A stretch of 64,000 nucleotides of DNA from Macrostomum lignano (lineage: Eukaryota). Below, in pieces: positions 47,823 through 58,469 of this stretch. Position numbers and translations under genes: made by a program. The notes beneath the pieces were generated by a model, which saw nothing but the letters and a program-made list of their open reading frames with translations, made no database searches and was not told the origin of the DNA. Location of the stretch: positions 32,098 to 96,097 of the forward strand of contig NIVC01003476.1 in NCBI GenBank assembly GCA_002269645.1. Direction: 5' to 3'. Position 1 is the first letter of the stretch, and each line of letters opens with the position of its first letter.

Positions 47823-48802
47823 TCAGTAGCTTAGCATGCTGGCTCTTGTGTTGCTCCCTTTGAGCAAAGCAGAGCAAGATGGGTCGCAGCTGTGGGTGGG
47901 TGAGTCATTTGCCGCGAAATCAAAGACTGCCACGTGGCGCACAGAAATGTGAGTGAAAGCACTAAAGCGGCTCTGTGTATTTTGTGTCGTAATTGTCTGC
48001 AAGTGTTTTCTAACAGTAGGTCCACCTAGCCATTTTGCCGCCCGTACCGATGGAGAATCCCCCAGCTGAAATAATTTAGCCAAGCCACACCACCAGTGGC
48101 TATTCAAAGATACTTGGTTGCTTCAACTAGCCAAGAGTACTTTCTAGTGCGCATGATGATCGAGATTGGATAAATTTGCAACCAAGTACTTAAAATTCAT
48201 TGCAGGTCCACTAGCTCGGTCTAGTCGAAGGCCATTAGACACCTTAAGACTGTGATGATTTTTTTATTATTATTAGAGGCAGGGGGGTTGTGTGCACCCT
48301 GGCGCACTTAGGCACACAACCGGCGAGAGGCATTACTGCCCATTCCGCCGACTCCCCTGAGCAGGCACACAAGCGCGCGGATACGTACGCAGGCACACAC
48401 TCACACAGGAGTGTACAGCGGCCCTAACTTTATATTATCGTTAGGCATGTACACTTCACTGATGCTGAGCTGATGCAACTGGATTCTTGTTCCTTCGAGA
48501 GAAGACGCTTCATGTTGTATATTGATGCCATACTTGACACCATAGTTATTAAGGCGTTTCAGCTTGTTGAAGATCTGGATAAATTGATCCTTTTCAACTT
48601 GAAAGGTACCAGTACGGAATTCTTTATTCGACGGATCCCGAGCATCCACAGGTTCGCATCTGCGGAAAGTCTTCATCAGTTCTGCGATTCGGGCTTCTTT
48701 TTCATTGGAGAATTTAGGCAGGCTACCTGTGATGAAGGAAACGGTGTACTTTTGTGCAATAACGTTAATTGCGAACCCACAACTTCCAGTTTTCCAAGTC
48801 AT
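47823..48802 (-). pseudogene. Unassigned decayed coding sequence interrupted by a SINE
   Basis: Non-repetitive ORF 48401-48802 is cut by the SINE at 48426. Protein-like frame resumes below about 48260 with two stops and runs into ORF 47823-48107. No family recognised. Confidence 0.3.
48259..48426 (-). mobile_element. 5'-truncated copy of SINE family 2 with (TAA)n/A tail
   Basis: Reverse complement matches about 12980-13144; tail at 48259-48274. Confidence 0.8.
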
Positions 48803-49199
48803 TGCTCTTGAAAATTGACTCTAGCAGTTGCTCTAATATTTTGCAGTGTACTTATTCACATGGTCAGCTTCCATTCGGGTCGCCATTGTTATATAATTCG
48901 AGTTGGCGCTAAGAGGATTGTCAAAGGAGAAAATATAATTATATCTTCTTCCATATGTCATGTGAGTCATAGTTGAGTTTACAAACCAGATAAATCTGAG
49001 CTTAAAGCGGAATACCGCTGAGTGGCAACAATTTTAGGGTTGTAGAAAAAAAGCGAGCAGTATTTACTTCTGTCTTGATGCCCAGCCAGACTTTCAATCT
49101 TACTGAAAGATGAGACGACACATTTGAGTTAGGGCAGGGTAGGCGCTCTATACCTGCTGCAGCCTGCTGATATTTAAAAGCCAGTGTGAAGCGAACACC

Positions 49200-49750
49200 A
49201 TGTCGAACATTAAAGAGCCACCATGTAAAACATTAAAGAGCCACCATGTAAAACATTAAAGAGCCACATTGTTAAACATACAAGAGCCACCATGTCGAAC
49301 ATTAAAGAGCCACCATGTCTAACATTAAAGAGCCACCATGTCTAACATTAAAGAGCCACCATGTCTAACAGTAAAAAGCCACCATGTCGCCTGCTATCTG
49401 GGGGTGCTTGCTATCTGGGAGAGCCTGCTATCTGGGGGTGCTTGCTATCTGGGGGTGCTTGCTATCTGGGAGAGCCTGCTATCTGGGGGTGCTTGCTATC
49501 TGGGGGTGCTTGCTATCTGGAGGTGCTTGCTATCTGGGGGTGCCTGCTATCTGGGGGTGCCTGTTATCTGGGGGTGCTAGCTATCTGGTGGTGCTTGCTA
49601 TCTGGGGGTGCTTGCTATCTGGTGGTGCTTGCTATCTGGGGGTGCTTGCTATCTGGGGTGCTTGCTATCTGGGGGTGCCTGCTATCTGGGGGTGCTTGCT
49701 ATCTGGGGGATGCTTGCTATCTGGAGGTGATTGCTATCTGGGGGGATGCT
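49200..49750. repeat. Adjacent 23-bp (AACATTAAAGAGCCACCATGTCT) and 17-bp (GCTATCTGGGGGTGCTT) arrays
   Basis: Two abutting tandem arrays switching at about 49388. Confidence 0.92.
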
Positions 49751-50413
49751 TGCTGTCTTAGGATGTTTTCTTTTCGCATTGCACTTCATCTGAGCAGTTT
49801 TTCTATTGACTATGTGAAGGCTTTGTTTGGCCATCTTATTGATACTTGTAGAGAACAGAGATTCTATCTAGATGTCCCCCATCGGGGGGGGGGCGAAGAT
49901 TGCTAGTCCAAAACTAAACTGCATACATAAACAAATGGTCAGACTCAAAAACTCCATTTTCGGTTGGCAGCTGCATGTTTTAAAGGAGGTGCTGAATTCA
50001 TGCTGCAGCATGGTTATACTTGTAAGCTAGCCGAAACTGAAAATTACCTCTTAAGCTACAGACAGCACTGAGTCATTCTGCTTTTATTGGAAAAAAAACT
50101 TCGTCTCCTTAAGTGTGTAGTGTGATGCTCAGCTAATCGCTGACTCATGCGAACAGTTTTTTCGTGCACCCTATGCTTTAACTCATTCAGCAGCGCAGCG
50201 CTCATCTCATTGTTTGCTTAAACCAAAAAATCAATCTAAATTTGTTCTGAAATGGCGTGCCAAGATTGAAAGGAATTTGGCTCGAGTTTTAGCAACCAAT
50301 GAGAACCGAGGCTGCTTGCATTTTCACATTGTAATAATACGGGATGAATAAATCTATTGAGAGAAAGTGATTCTATTTTCAGAATTAATTGCAACAACCA
50401 AAAGCTTCAATAG

Positions 50414-50629
50414 ACTTCCATCCATAATGCCATCGTTCGCACCAGCGGAGGATCTTCCCTAGGAGATACTGTACTTAGCAAAGCAAACTATTCGAAGGTA
50501 TTGAAGCTTTTGGCATCAAATTTGTTCGCAGGTGTAGATTCTGAGAGACTAATCAATAAGCTACAAGGTTTAGATGCATTCAACTCATTTAGAAAGGAGG
50601 AAAAGCTCCTGAAGCTGCTAAAGGAAAAT
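50414..50629 (+). CDS. Putative isolated coding exon of an unrecognised gene (72 codons)
   Basis: AG at 50412-50413, GTGAGT donor at 50630. One open frame TSIHNAIVRTSGG..KLLKLLKEN; the other two frames are closed. Confidence 0.35.
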
Positions 50630-50734
50630 GTGAGTGCATGAACACGATTGCACTATCTCATATAAGTCTAACTCAAGCTATGCAAGCGATTGGCGATTTG
50701 GATGCTGAAAATGCAGGCCTTCCACCACCCTATG

Positions 50735-51860
50735 AAGGCGCTGCTGACAATCAAGGCGCTGCTGACAATCGATGTACTGCTAACAATCGAGGAACTGCTA
50801 ACAATCGATGAACTGCTAACAATCGAGGAACTGCTAACAATCGATGTACTGCTAACAATCGAGGAACTGCTGACAATCAAGGCGCTGCTAACAATCGATG
50901 TACTGCTAACAATCGATGTACTGCTAACAATCGATGTACTGCTAACAATCGATGTACTGCTAACAATCGATGTACTGCTAACAATCGAGGAACTGCTGAC
51001 AATCAAGGCGCTGCTAACAATCGATGAACTGTTAACAATCGATGAACTGCTAACAATCGATGTACTGCTAACAATCGATGTACTGCTAACAATCGAGGAA
51101 CTGCTAACAATCGAGGTACTGCTAACAATCGAGGAACTGCTAACAATCGATGTACTGCTAACAATCGATGTACTGCTAACAATCGAGGAACTGCTAACAA
51201 TCGAGGTACTGCTAACAATCGATGTACTGCTAACAATCGATGTACTGCTAACAATCGAGGTACTGCTAACAATCGATGTACTGCTAACAATCGAGGTACT
51301 GCTAACAATCGATGAACTGCTAACAATCGATGTACTGCTAACAATCGATGTACTGCTAACAATCGATGTACTGCTAACAATCGAGGTACTGCTAACAATC
51401 GATGAACTGCTAACAATCGATGTACTGCTAACAATCGATGTACTGCTAACAATCGAGGAACTGCTAACAATCGAGGTACTGCTAACAATCGAGGTACTGC
51501 TAACAATCGAGGTACTGCTAACAATCGATGTACTGCTAACAATCGAGGTACTGCTAACAATCGATGTACTGCTAACAATCGAGGTACTGCTAACAATCGA
51601 TGAACTGCTAACAATCGATGTACTGCTAACAATCGATGTACTGCTAACAATCGATGTACTGCTAACAATCGATGTACTGCTAACAATCGATGTACTGCTA
51701 ACAATCGATGTACTGCTAACAATCGATGTACTGCTAACAATCGATGTACTGCTAACAATCGAGGTACTGCTAACAATCGATGTACTGCTAACAATCGATG
51801 TACTGCTGACAATCAAGACGCTGCTGACAATCAAGACGCTGCTGACAATCAATGCGCTGC
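50735..51860. repeat. 18-bp minisatellite GCTAACAATCGA(T/G)G(T/A)ACT, about 60 units
   Basis: Four unit variants arising from two dimorphic positions. Confidence 0.97.
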
Positions 51861-52765
51861 TGCTCCGTCATCTGACTAAATCTAAAATACTGGTGCACAC
51901 TTGAACACCAACCGAATGGCTTTAATTTAAGTTAAACATTAAAAACATACCTGAAATGTAATTTCCTGTAAATGTAGCGCAAATTAGTACATGCAATCGC
52001 TGACGCAATCGCTGACGGAATAAAATCCATTTGGGATAAGCATTTCGGGTTCTTCATCGAACTCTAAATAAATAATTGTGTGTTCGAGGAGATAAATAAT
52101 CAACGACGTGCATAAATCGTTAACCAAAATGAGTAGCAAGTGCTAAACACGCGGATCTATTAATGTGTGTACGAGTGCGATCATGAGGCAAGCGCATCTT
52201 CTAATGTGTAAGATGAAAGCATTAACGTCGAGTTTTTCGAGCCTAGAATAACGAATAACTCGAATAATGAATAAATCATTAATAAGCAGAATTAATGAAA
52301 TAGCGCTCGAGAGTAAGAATTTAAAAATTTCACGAGAGTGAAAGCGATAGAGCAATTAAAGTTTACCTAAAGCGGAATAAGAGAAAAAACAAAAAGCTAC
52401 AAGCAAAACGATTAAAAAACCGAATAAACCAACGCAATCTTCATTTGACGAGAGGTACAGATACAGACCCATGCAGTTCTTATCTGGAGTGCGAATGAAC
52501 TATTAATTACGTATAAAAGTATCAGTTTGAGAACTACTTAAGTAAAATATGAAATATGCTCTAAAAAAGTTAATAGTCTTTTTTATTATGTGCCAAAAAC
52601 GGTTCGAAATTAAAACTAAATTAAAGTACACAAAGTTCTGCGAATTGTCTGTGAAAGTTAACCATTGGCAGCTTTTGCAGACTGCCAGTCGCGGACAGGT
52701 CTCTATGGAGGATAGCTCTGACGCACACTCGTTCGTGTACCAGCCGCATGATAGCTCCGCTGCTG

Positions 52766-53965
52766 CTAAGTGTTTATATTCAAATCTCTCATCAGATTTC
52801 CAATGTCAGGCCGCAGTGCCGGAAGTTGAACCTCGGCCCAGATAGGAGCATGCTGCTTTGTGTAATTGCCTTGCAGCTCTCTCATTATTTTCTTTGTATC
52901 AAAGCTTGGCGTAGTCTGTAGTCTCGAGCGTGGTGGCAAGATCAATGCGAAGTTGTCGATTGGATGTTTTACACTCGGAGCGCTTGTACTGCCATCTTCA
53001 TTGCTAAAGGCTAGAAAAATGTTTGGATGAATCTCATGTCGAAGGTCTTCAGGCCCAATTTTCCAATCGCCACCGATCATGATCAAGTCTGGAGGTTGGG
53101 TTTCGCGGCAAAGCTGATCAAGCTTTTCTTTTAAATTTCTATAAGATGCTTGCTTTTTCTCTTCATTTTTGCTTGGCAGATGTACAGAGAAGTAGGCCAA
53201 GATCATGCCATTGGCTCTCATCTTGAGCTTCGTTAACAGATAGCGGCCCTTGTCGGATGCCGTGAAACACTCATGCTGCAGCTGCCAGACTTCAGTATTA
53301 AAGGCTGTAACGATGGTATCCGGTGGATAACGATTTAGAATGTGGGAGACACATTCCCAATCGGGGCCTAGCAAGTCACAAAATGGTTTCAGGTTACCCT
53401 GTCCGCTCCATTCAGAAACTGTGATTATGCTGAGCTGAGACTTCTGCTTGGCTGACAGAAGTTTTTGGTAACACATTCGAACTTCTTTTTTTAGCTCTGC
53501 CGCAGCTTCCTTCTCAGTTGCCACCTGACCTGCCGGCTGACCTGCCGCCTCTGCCGCCTGACCTGCCTCCTGACCTGCCGCCTGACCTGCCGCCTGATCT
53601 GCCGCCTGACCTGCCGCCTGACCTGCCGCCTGATTTGCCGCCGCTGCCGCCTGACCTGCCGCCTGACCTGCCGCCTGACCTGCCGCCTGACTTGTCTCAT
53701 TCCCTGCCTGTTCTGGCTCGAACCACCAATAATTTTTTGTCCGTGTCCACGCATTTACCACATTTCTTAATGCAATTCCCACCTTCTTCCAATACCCACT
53801 CGCCTCATGTAACAACACGAGCTGCGATGCCGCTGAAAACGCTATTTTAACCAGTCCTCTAGGAAGCAAGTCTCCTTTAAGATTTCCTATTCGACTTGAA
53901 CCATCCGCGTTGATGGACAGCGCCAAGAAACCAGTGCAGTCAGAGTTGGCTGGCTCGGTCGCCAT
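52766..53965 (-). CDS. EEP-fold protein, paralog B, with a short (AAGQ)n insertion; 399 aa
   Basis: Same N-terminus [23 protein letters not shown] and central block as paralog A. Motifs FSVHLP, MIGGDWK, IDNF, QHAPI. Intronless. Confidence 0.7.
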   Translation of the reverse strand: MATEPANSDCTGFLALSINADGSSRIGNLKGDLLPRGLVKIAFSAASQLVLLHEASGYWKKVGIALRNVVNAWTRTKNYWWFEPEQAGNETSQAAGQAAGQAAGQAAAAANQAAGQAAGQAADQAAGQAAGQEAGQAAEAAGQPAGQVATEKEAAAELKKEVRMCYQKLLSAKQKSQLSIITVSEWSGQGNLKPFCDLLGPDWECVSHILNRYPPDTIVTAFNTEVWQLQHECFTASDKGRYLLTKLKMRANGMILAYFSVHLPSKNEEKKQASYRNLKEKLDQLCRETQPPDLIMIGGDWKIGPEDLRHEIHPNIFLAFSNEDGSTSAPSVKHPIDNFALILPPRSRLQTTPSFDTKKIMRELQGNYTKQHAPIWAEVQLPALRPDIGNLMRDLNINT

Positions 53966-55211
53966 ACTTCACGGCCTTGCGGGTGATGAAAATACCGGTC
54001 ACCGTCAGACAGTCCCTGGTCCCAAAGTCACGGATCTCAGTTCCTCCAGCACTAAGGCCACCTTTTTTGGAAAAATCGTAAAATGTATCATGAGAAAGAA
54101 TTCAAACTCGTATCTAACAGTTTTTACTTGCGGTAAAAAACACAGAACACTGTCCAATATGAGACATGTGCTGTTTACTATCTGTGTACTAGACCCCTGT
54201 CCCTGATCTTCTGGCACTGATCCCAGTCTCTGATCCCTGACCCCAGTCCCTGACCCCAGTCTCTGATCCCAGTCTCTGATCTCTGATCCCAGTCCCTGCT
54301 CCTAGTACACAGAGCACTGTCCCCAGACACTTCCATCACCAAAGGCAGTCAGGAGGCCAGTCACTCACATGAGCTGTCAGCAATTGTCGTGGCGAATCGG
54401 CGCAGCAACTGGGGGAGTCCAGGCAGCTGTCTCTGCAGCACCCAAACCAAAAATGCATACTATATACGTAGCATTTCGCCTCACATGAGATTCCTGTCCA
54501 ATGGGAACAGCTGAATCTGGACTCTGAGAGGACGGTGGGAGACGGTCAGCCCCACCCCTCCTGATACAAGGCAGCAGCCCGACACAACAGCTGGGGTGGG
54601 GCAGGTCTCCCTAACCGCAAACTCTCGTTGTGTTTTTTTTGCTGTACAAGGAACCGGGGCTGCGTCGCCACTTATCTAAACTCTTTGCAGTCAATGAAAA
54701 ATTGTCAAAACATGTTTTTAAAGTACAATACTCAATCAGTTATTAGCTATTAAAAATGCTCTGTAGCAGTCTGTATTCTGTTGTCTGTACCAGTCTGTAT
54801 TCTATGGTCTGTACCAGTCTGTGTTCTGTGGTCTGTAGCAGTCTGTATTCTGTGGTCTGTAGTAGTCTGTAGTCTGTGGTCTGTATTAGTCTGTATTCTG
54901 TATGGTCTGCACCAGTCTGTATTCTGTATGGTCTGCACCAGTCTGTATTAGTAGTGATAGAAAATTTCGGTCATACCCCATTTGTCAATTACAAAATACG
55001 TAATAAGGTACCCGTCAGAAATTTTACTACGCACATACCTTATTTTTCTATTAAAAATTAAACAGTAAGGTACCGAACCAAAAGGTAGGGTATTCTACAG
55101 GAATTCCAACTACACTGCACCGTACCCACAAAGAATTCAACAGAAGAAAAGATCTCAAGCTCGATCAACCAACCAACTTGTCCAAAAACGCATTTTTGGC
55201 ATATTTCTGCA

Positions 55212-56501
55212 TTACAAGAATAGAGGTAACACTTGTGTTGCAAAGCGTCGTAGGCAAAAATACGCGCGCCGAAACTCATTTCCTCGTCAAGGCCCACTAC
55301 CAAGGAGACGCGTTAAAAAGAATCGAAGACTACCACCACGAGTCAGTTTGAAATACAAATAAAACAACACCCAAATATCACAATAACCAGTCCGAGGATC
55401 CTGAATAGCAAATCGACTGTAGGATCAATTTCGAAAATCCCCACATTCTCGCCCCAACTACCGTCTAACATTTTCCGGTGGACTTAAACAAAGCGAATCA
55501 AAATATTCCCCGACTCTTCGTCCTCGGCGCCCCCGAACCCGCCAGCTACTCACCCAAACCGCAACCCAATGCCTACCAGGAAGATTCGAAGTGTCTGTAT
55601 TCGCCACAAAGAAATAGTCTTTACCATCTAAGGGTAATTGTCCAAGAATTTGAAGATCTCGGCGGCGCACCCGCGGCGGAGCGCGCATGCATTCGCACTG
55701 AAAGCAAATAGCGCTCTCATCCACCCGGAATTTGGCCACACTCACAATGGACTCCAAGCGGCGGCAGTCCACGGACACGGCCCTGGTCACGGTTTCAAGT
55801 AGCTGCGGCATTTGAACCCCGGCCCGCTGTCCATCCAGGCGCATGCGCTGGATCTGCGCGCGAAGCGCAGCAACTGAGGGGTTTTGACACCACTCATCCC
55901 GTATGTAGCGCGCCAACGTGCTGAAAATTGCCCGGCGGGACGAGCAGGGCGCTGCTTCACTCGGGGCCGGCCCATGAGGCTTGGTTGATTCGGCCATGGT
56001 AAAAAGTGTAGGTCTAATCTCACTATCTTCGGGCAACTCTGACACTGAGCCTACCATCTGCTCGATTATAAGTCAGTGTGGACTCAATGTGGACCCGCGG
56101 GCGTTTTGGGTGGTGGCCCCTCGCCGCCCTCCTGCGCCCCAAGAAACCGAAGCCTGCAGCAACGACCGGCTGGCCCCGGCTGAAGGTCCGCCCCCGGCCA
56201 AGGCACTGGTGAGCTCTACCGGGTCATCTATCTCAAAGTCAACTGGCGTTGCTTGGGCGGCTTCTGGACTCGACGGAGGGAGGGCGACGGCCAGCGCTAC
56301 GTGTGTGTGTATGGGGCGAGGTAAGACCAATTGTGTGTCCAGCAGGTCATCTATCTTTACGTCAATTGGCGCCGCTTGGGCGGCTTCTGGACTCGAGGGA
56401 GGGAGGGCGACGGTCAGCGCTGTGTGTGGGCGAGGCAAGACCAATTGTGTGTCCAGCACAGCAGGTGTTGGCAGCTGCTGAAACTTCGCCACACAGCACA
56501 A
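55212..56501 (-). pseudogene. Decayed ORF ending in an adenain-type (clan CE, Polinton/adenovirus-like) cysteine protease domain
   Basis: One reading frame with in-frame stops at 56073, 55458, 55425 and 55287. Motifs VANTD..PGRHWVAV, GEYFDS..SPP, AIQDPRTGYCDIWVLFYL..GGSL..FL. Putative His 55569-55571, Asp 55497-55499, Gln 55401-55403 and Cys 55380-55382 are all in frame. Confidence 0.7.
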
Positions 56502-56879
56502 CTATTGTTTTAAGGAGCGGGCGTCTCGTTTGGAGGATTGGGGGTTGCCCAGAATTTCAACTTACGCTGCCACGCGCTCAATTGCGCCATTAACTACCAC
56601 CTGCCACGCAGATCCCCTAAGGAGCAGGCAATTGCAGGTTTCGGACAAAATTGCATGGAAATAGGGGTTCGGGAGCACCGGAATGCATGATGCGGACAAA
56701 ACTACGTGCAAAAAGAATTCAGAATTTCTCGATTGATATTTGATATGCTGAAAAACTACTAGTAGTATTATACACCGTGTTTAAAATTTCTGATTCGTCA
56801 AAACACACAACAGGTGAGAATTATATACAAATTGCTCACAATACTGCTTACACTTTCCCTATGACTTACAAACAGCTCA

Positions 56880-57290
56880 AGAATTAAAAACCCAGGAGCC
56901 CAGGAGCCTTGCCCTGATCGTACACGTTATTTTTACTAAGCCTAAATTAATTTCCAAAGGGATTAGCTCATAAATATTCAGAGAACTGGTTTTCCTATCT
57001 TATCCTTACTAGTCTATCCTGCTAGTCTATACTCAACAAAATTACAAAAAATTGAGAGGACTGTGTCTGTTGGAGTGCTCGTTAATTTGCTCGATAACTT
57101 CTCTGAGCAACTGGCTGGTTCAAACTTGACCGGGTAAGCTCTGAGCGGTGTAACAAACTCGGGCAATGTTATTATAATTTCATCTGGGATCTTCGAATAT
57201 GTTTTAACAGAGTGAGACATCTGAGACTTCCACCCACCGATCGGAGGTGAAATTCAGTTTTGAAAAGGCAGAGAAGAGACCGTTGGTACA
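56880..57290 (-). pseudogene. Possible decayed Polinton-type minor capsid (penton) fragment
   Basis: PTDTVLSIFCNFVEYRLAG..PVL*IF and upstream LNFTSDRWVEVSDVSL loosely recall the penton motifs YCDIVE.Q.VG..PLLR and L.G.WEV.L. Weak and by eye only. Confidence 0.25.
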
Positions 57291-57774
57291 TTCTAACTCC
57301 CTCAGTGTGTATTGGATGGAGGGTGCTGCGTGTCAGTCAGCTACAATTGTTATTACTGAGTTTGTATTAAAAACCACTGCACACATTGGGTAGGGGTAAA
57401 AGCAAGTTAGGCAGTTGTCTAATTTATTTAATGGTCACTAGACAGAGGGGTGGCAGGGTGCTCAAATTTTGATCATTGAAATTCAAACTTGCTTACCAAG
57501 AACTTGCTAACTAACAGAGCTGATATTATCGTTTACCTCACTGATCTTACATGTAAATTGACTGTTTATGAGTGCTTCTGATTTAAAGTTTAGGGTGCTT
57601 TCTCTTAATTGTTCTAGTTTCACTGATGTCTCTTTCACTTTTTAAATACATTTCACTGTTGCTACACCTTTCAAGTACAAATTTTATGAAGGGCTTGACA
57701 TGAACGTCATCAAGGGATGCTAAACTTGAGTGTATCCCGGAAAAAGATACCATTTAATCTCGACACTATTACTA

Positions 57775-57960
57775 TAGCTGTCCCCTCTATTTGGACACTA
57801 TTACATGCACTTTGCTCCACTAAAGCTGGCCCCTCTATTCGGACACTATTACATGCACTTTGCTCCACTAAAGCTGGCCCCTCTATTCAGACACTATTAC
57901 ATGCACTTTGCTCCACTACAATTCTGGCCCCTCTATTCAGACACTATTACATGCACTTTA
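57775..57960. repeat. 48-bp tandem repeat CCCTCTATTCGGACACTATTACATGCACTTTGCTCCACTAAAGCTGGC
   Basis: About 4 copies. Confidence 0.9.
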
Positions 57961-58469
57961 CTTAATATATGTTAAAGGATAAGTACGATGAACAGGTCGT
58001 ATTTAAACCATTCATTCTTGGCTTTCTATTTTGCATGTGTTGTAAGAGATCTTATCTTTATTTTACACAAGAGATTTTTTCATTCTTTTAATGTGTTTAT
58101 TTTTAACAAAGCTGTAGACTGCAAAAACTATAAATATATTTACAAATGGTTACACAGCGAAGAGCGATAGAGAAAAGCAGAAATATAAATGAAAAACAAA
58201 AAATCGGAAAGAGCAAAAGCAAGCAAAAATCCAAGAACTAAGTAATAAAGAGAGCAAAAGTATATATTGTTTGTAGGTAAGATTTTTTACAATGTTTTGC
58301 AAACACTGAAGCAAAATTTTAGTATTCAGGGCAAATAAAATTTGGTATTTTTTTAGTGAGCTAAAAATGAAGCGGATAATTGAAAAGTTTATGGTGAATT
58401 TGAAAAGATTCATTTGAAAGGCACTAAAAATGATATGAAATTCTAGACTACTAACTTCTGAAGCCGGAA

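Noticed and set aside
50809-51610. Selenocysteine reading of the TGT/TGA alternation in the 18-bp array
   Set aside because: No SECIS-like element was recognised and there is no redox motif context; a single-base repeat variant is the simpler explanation.
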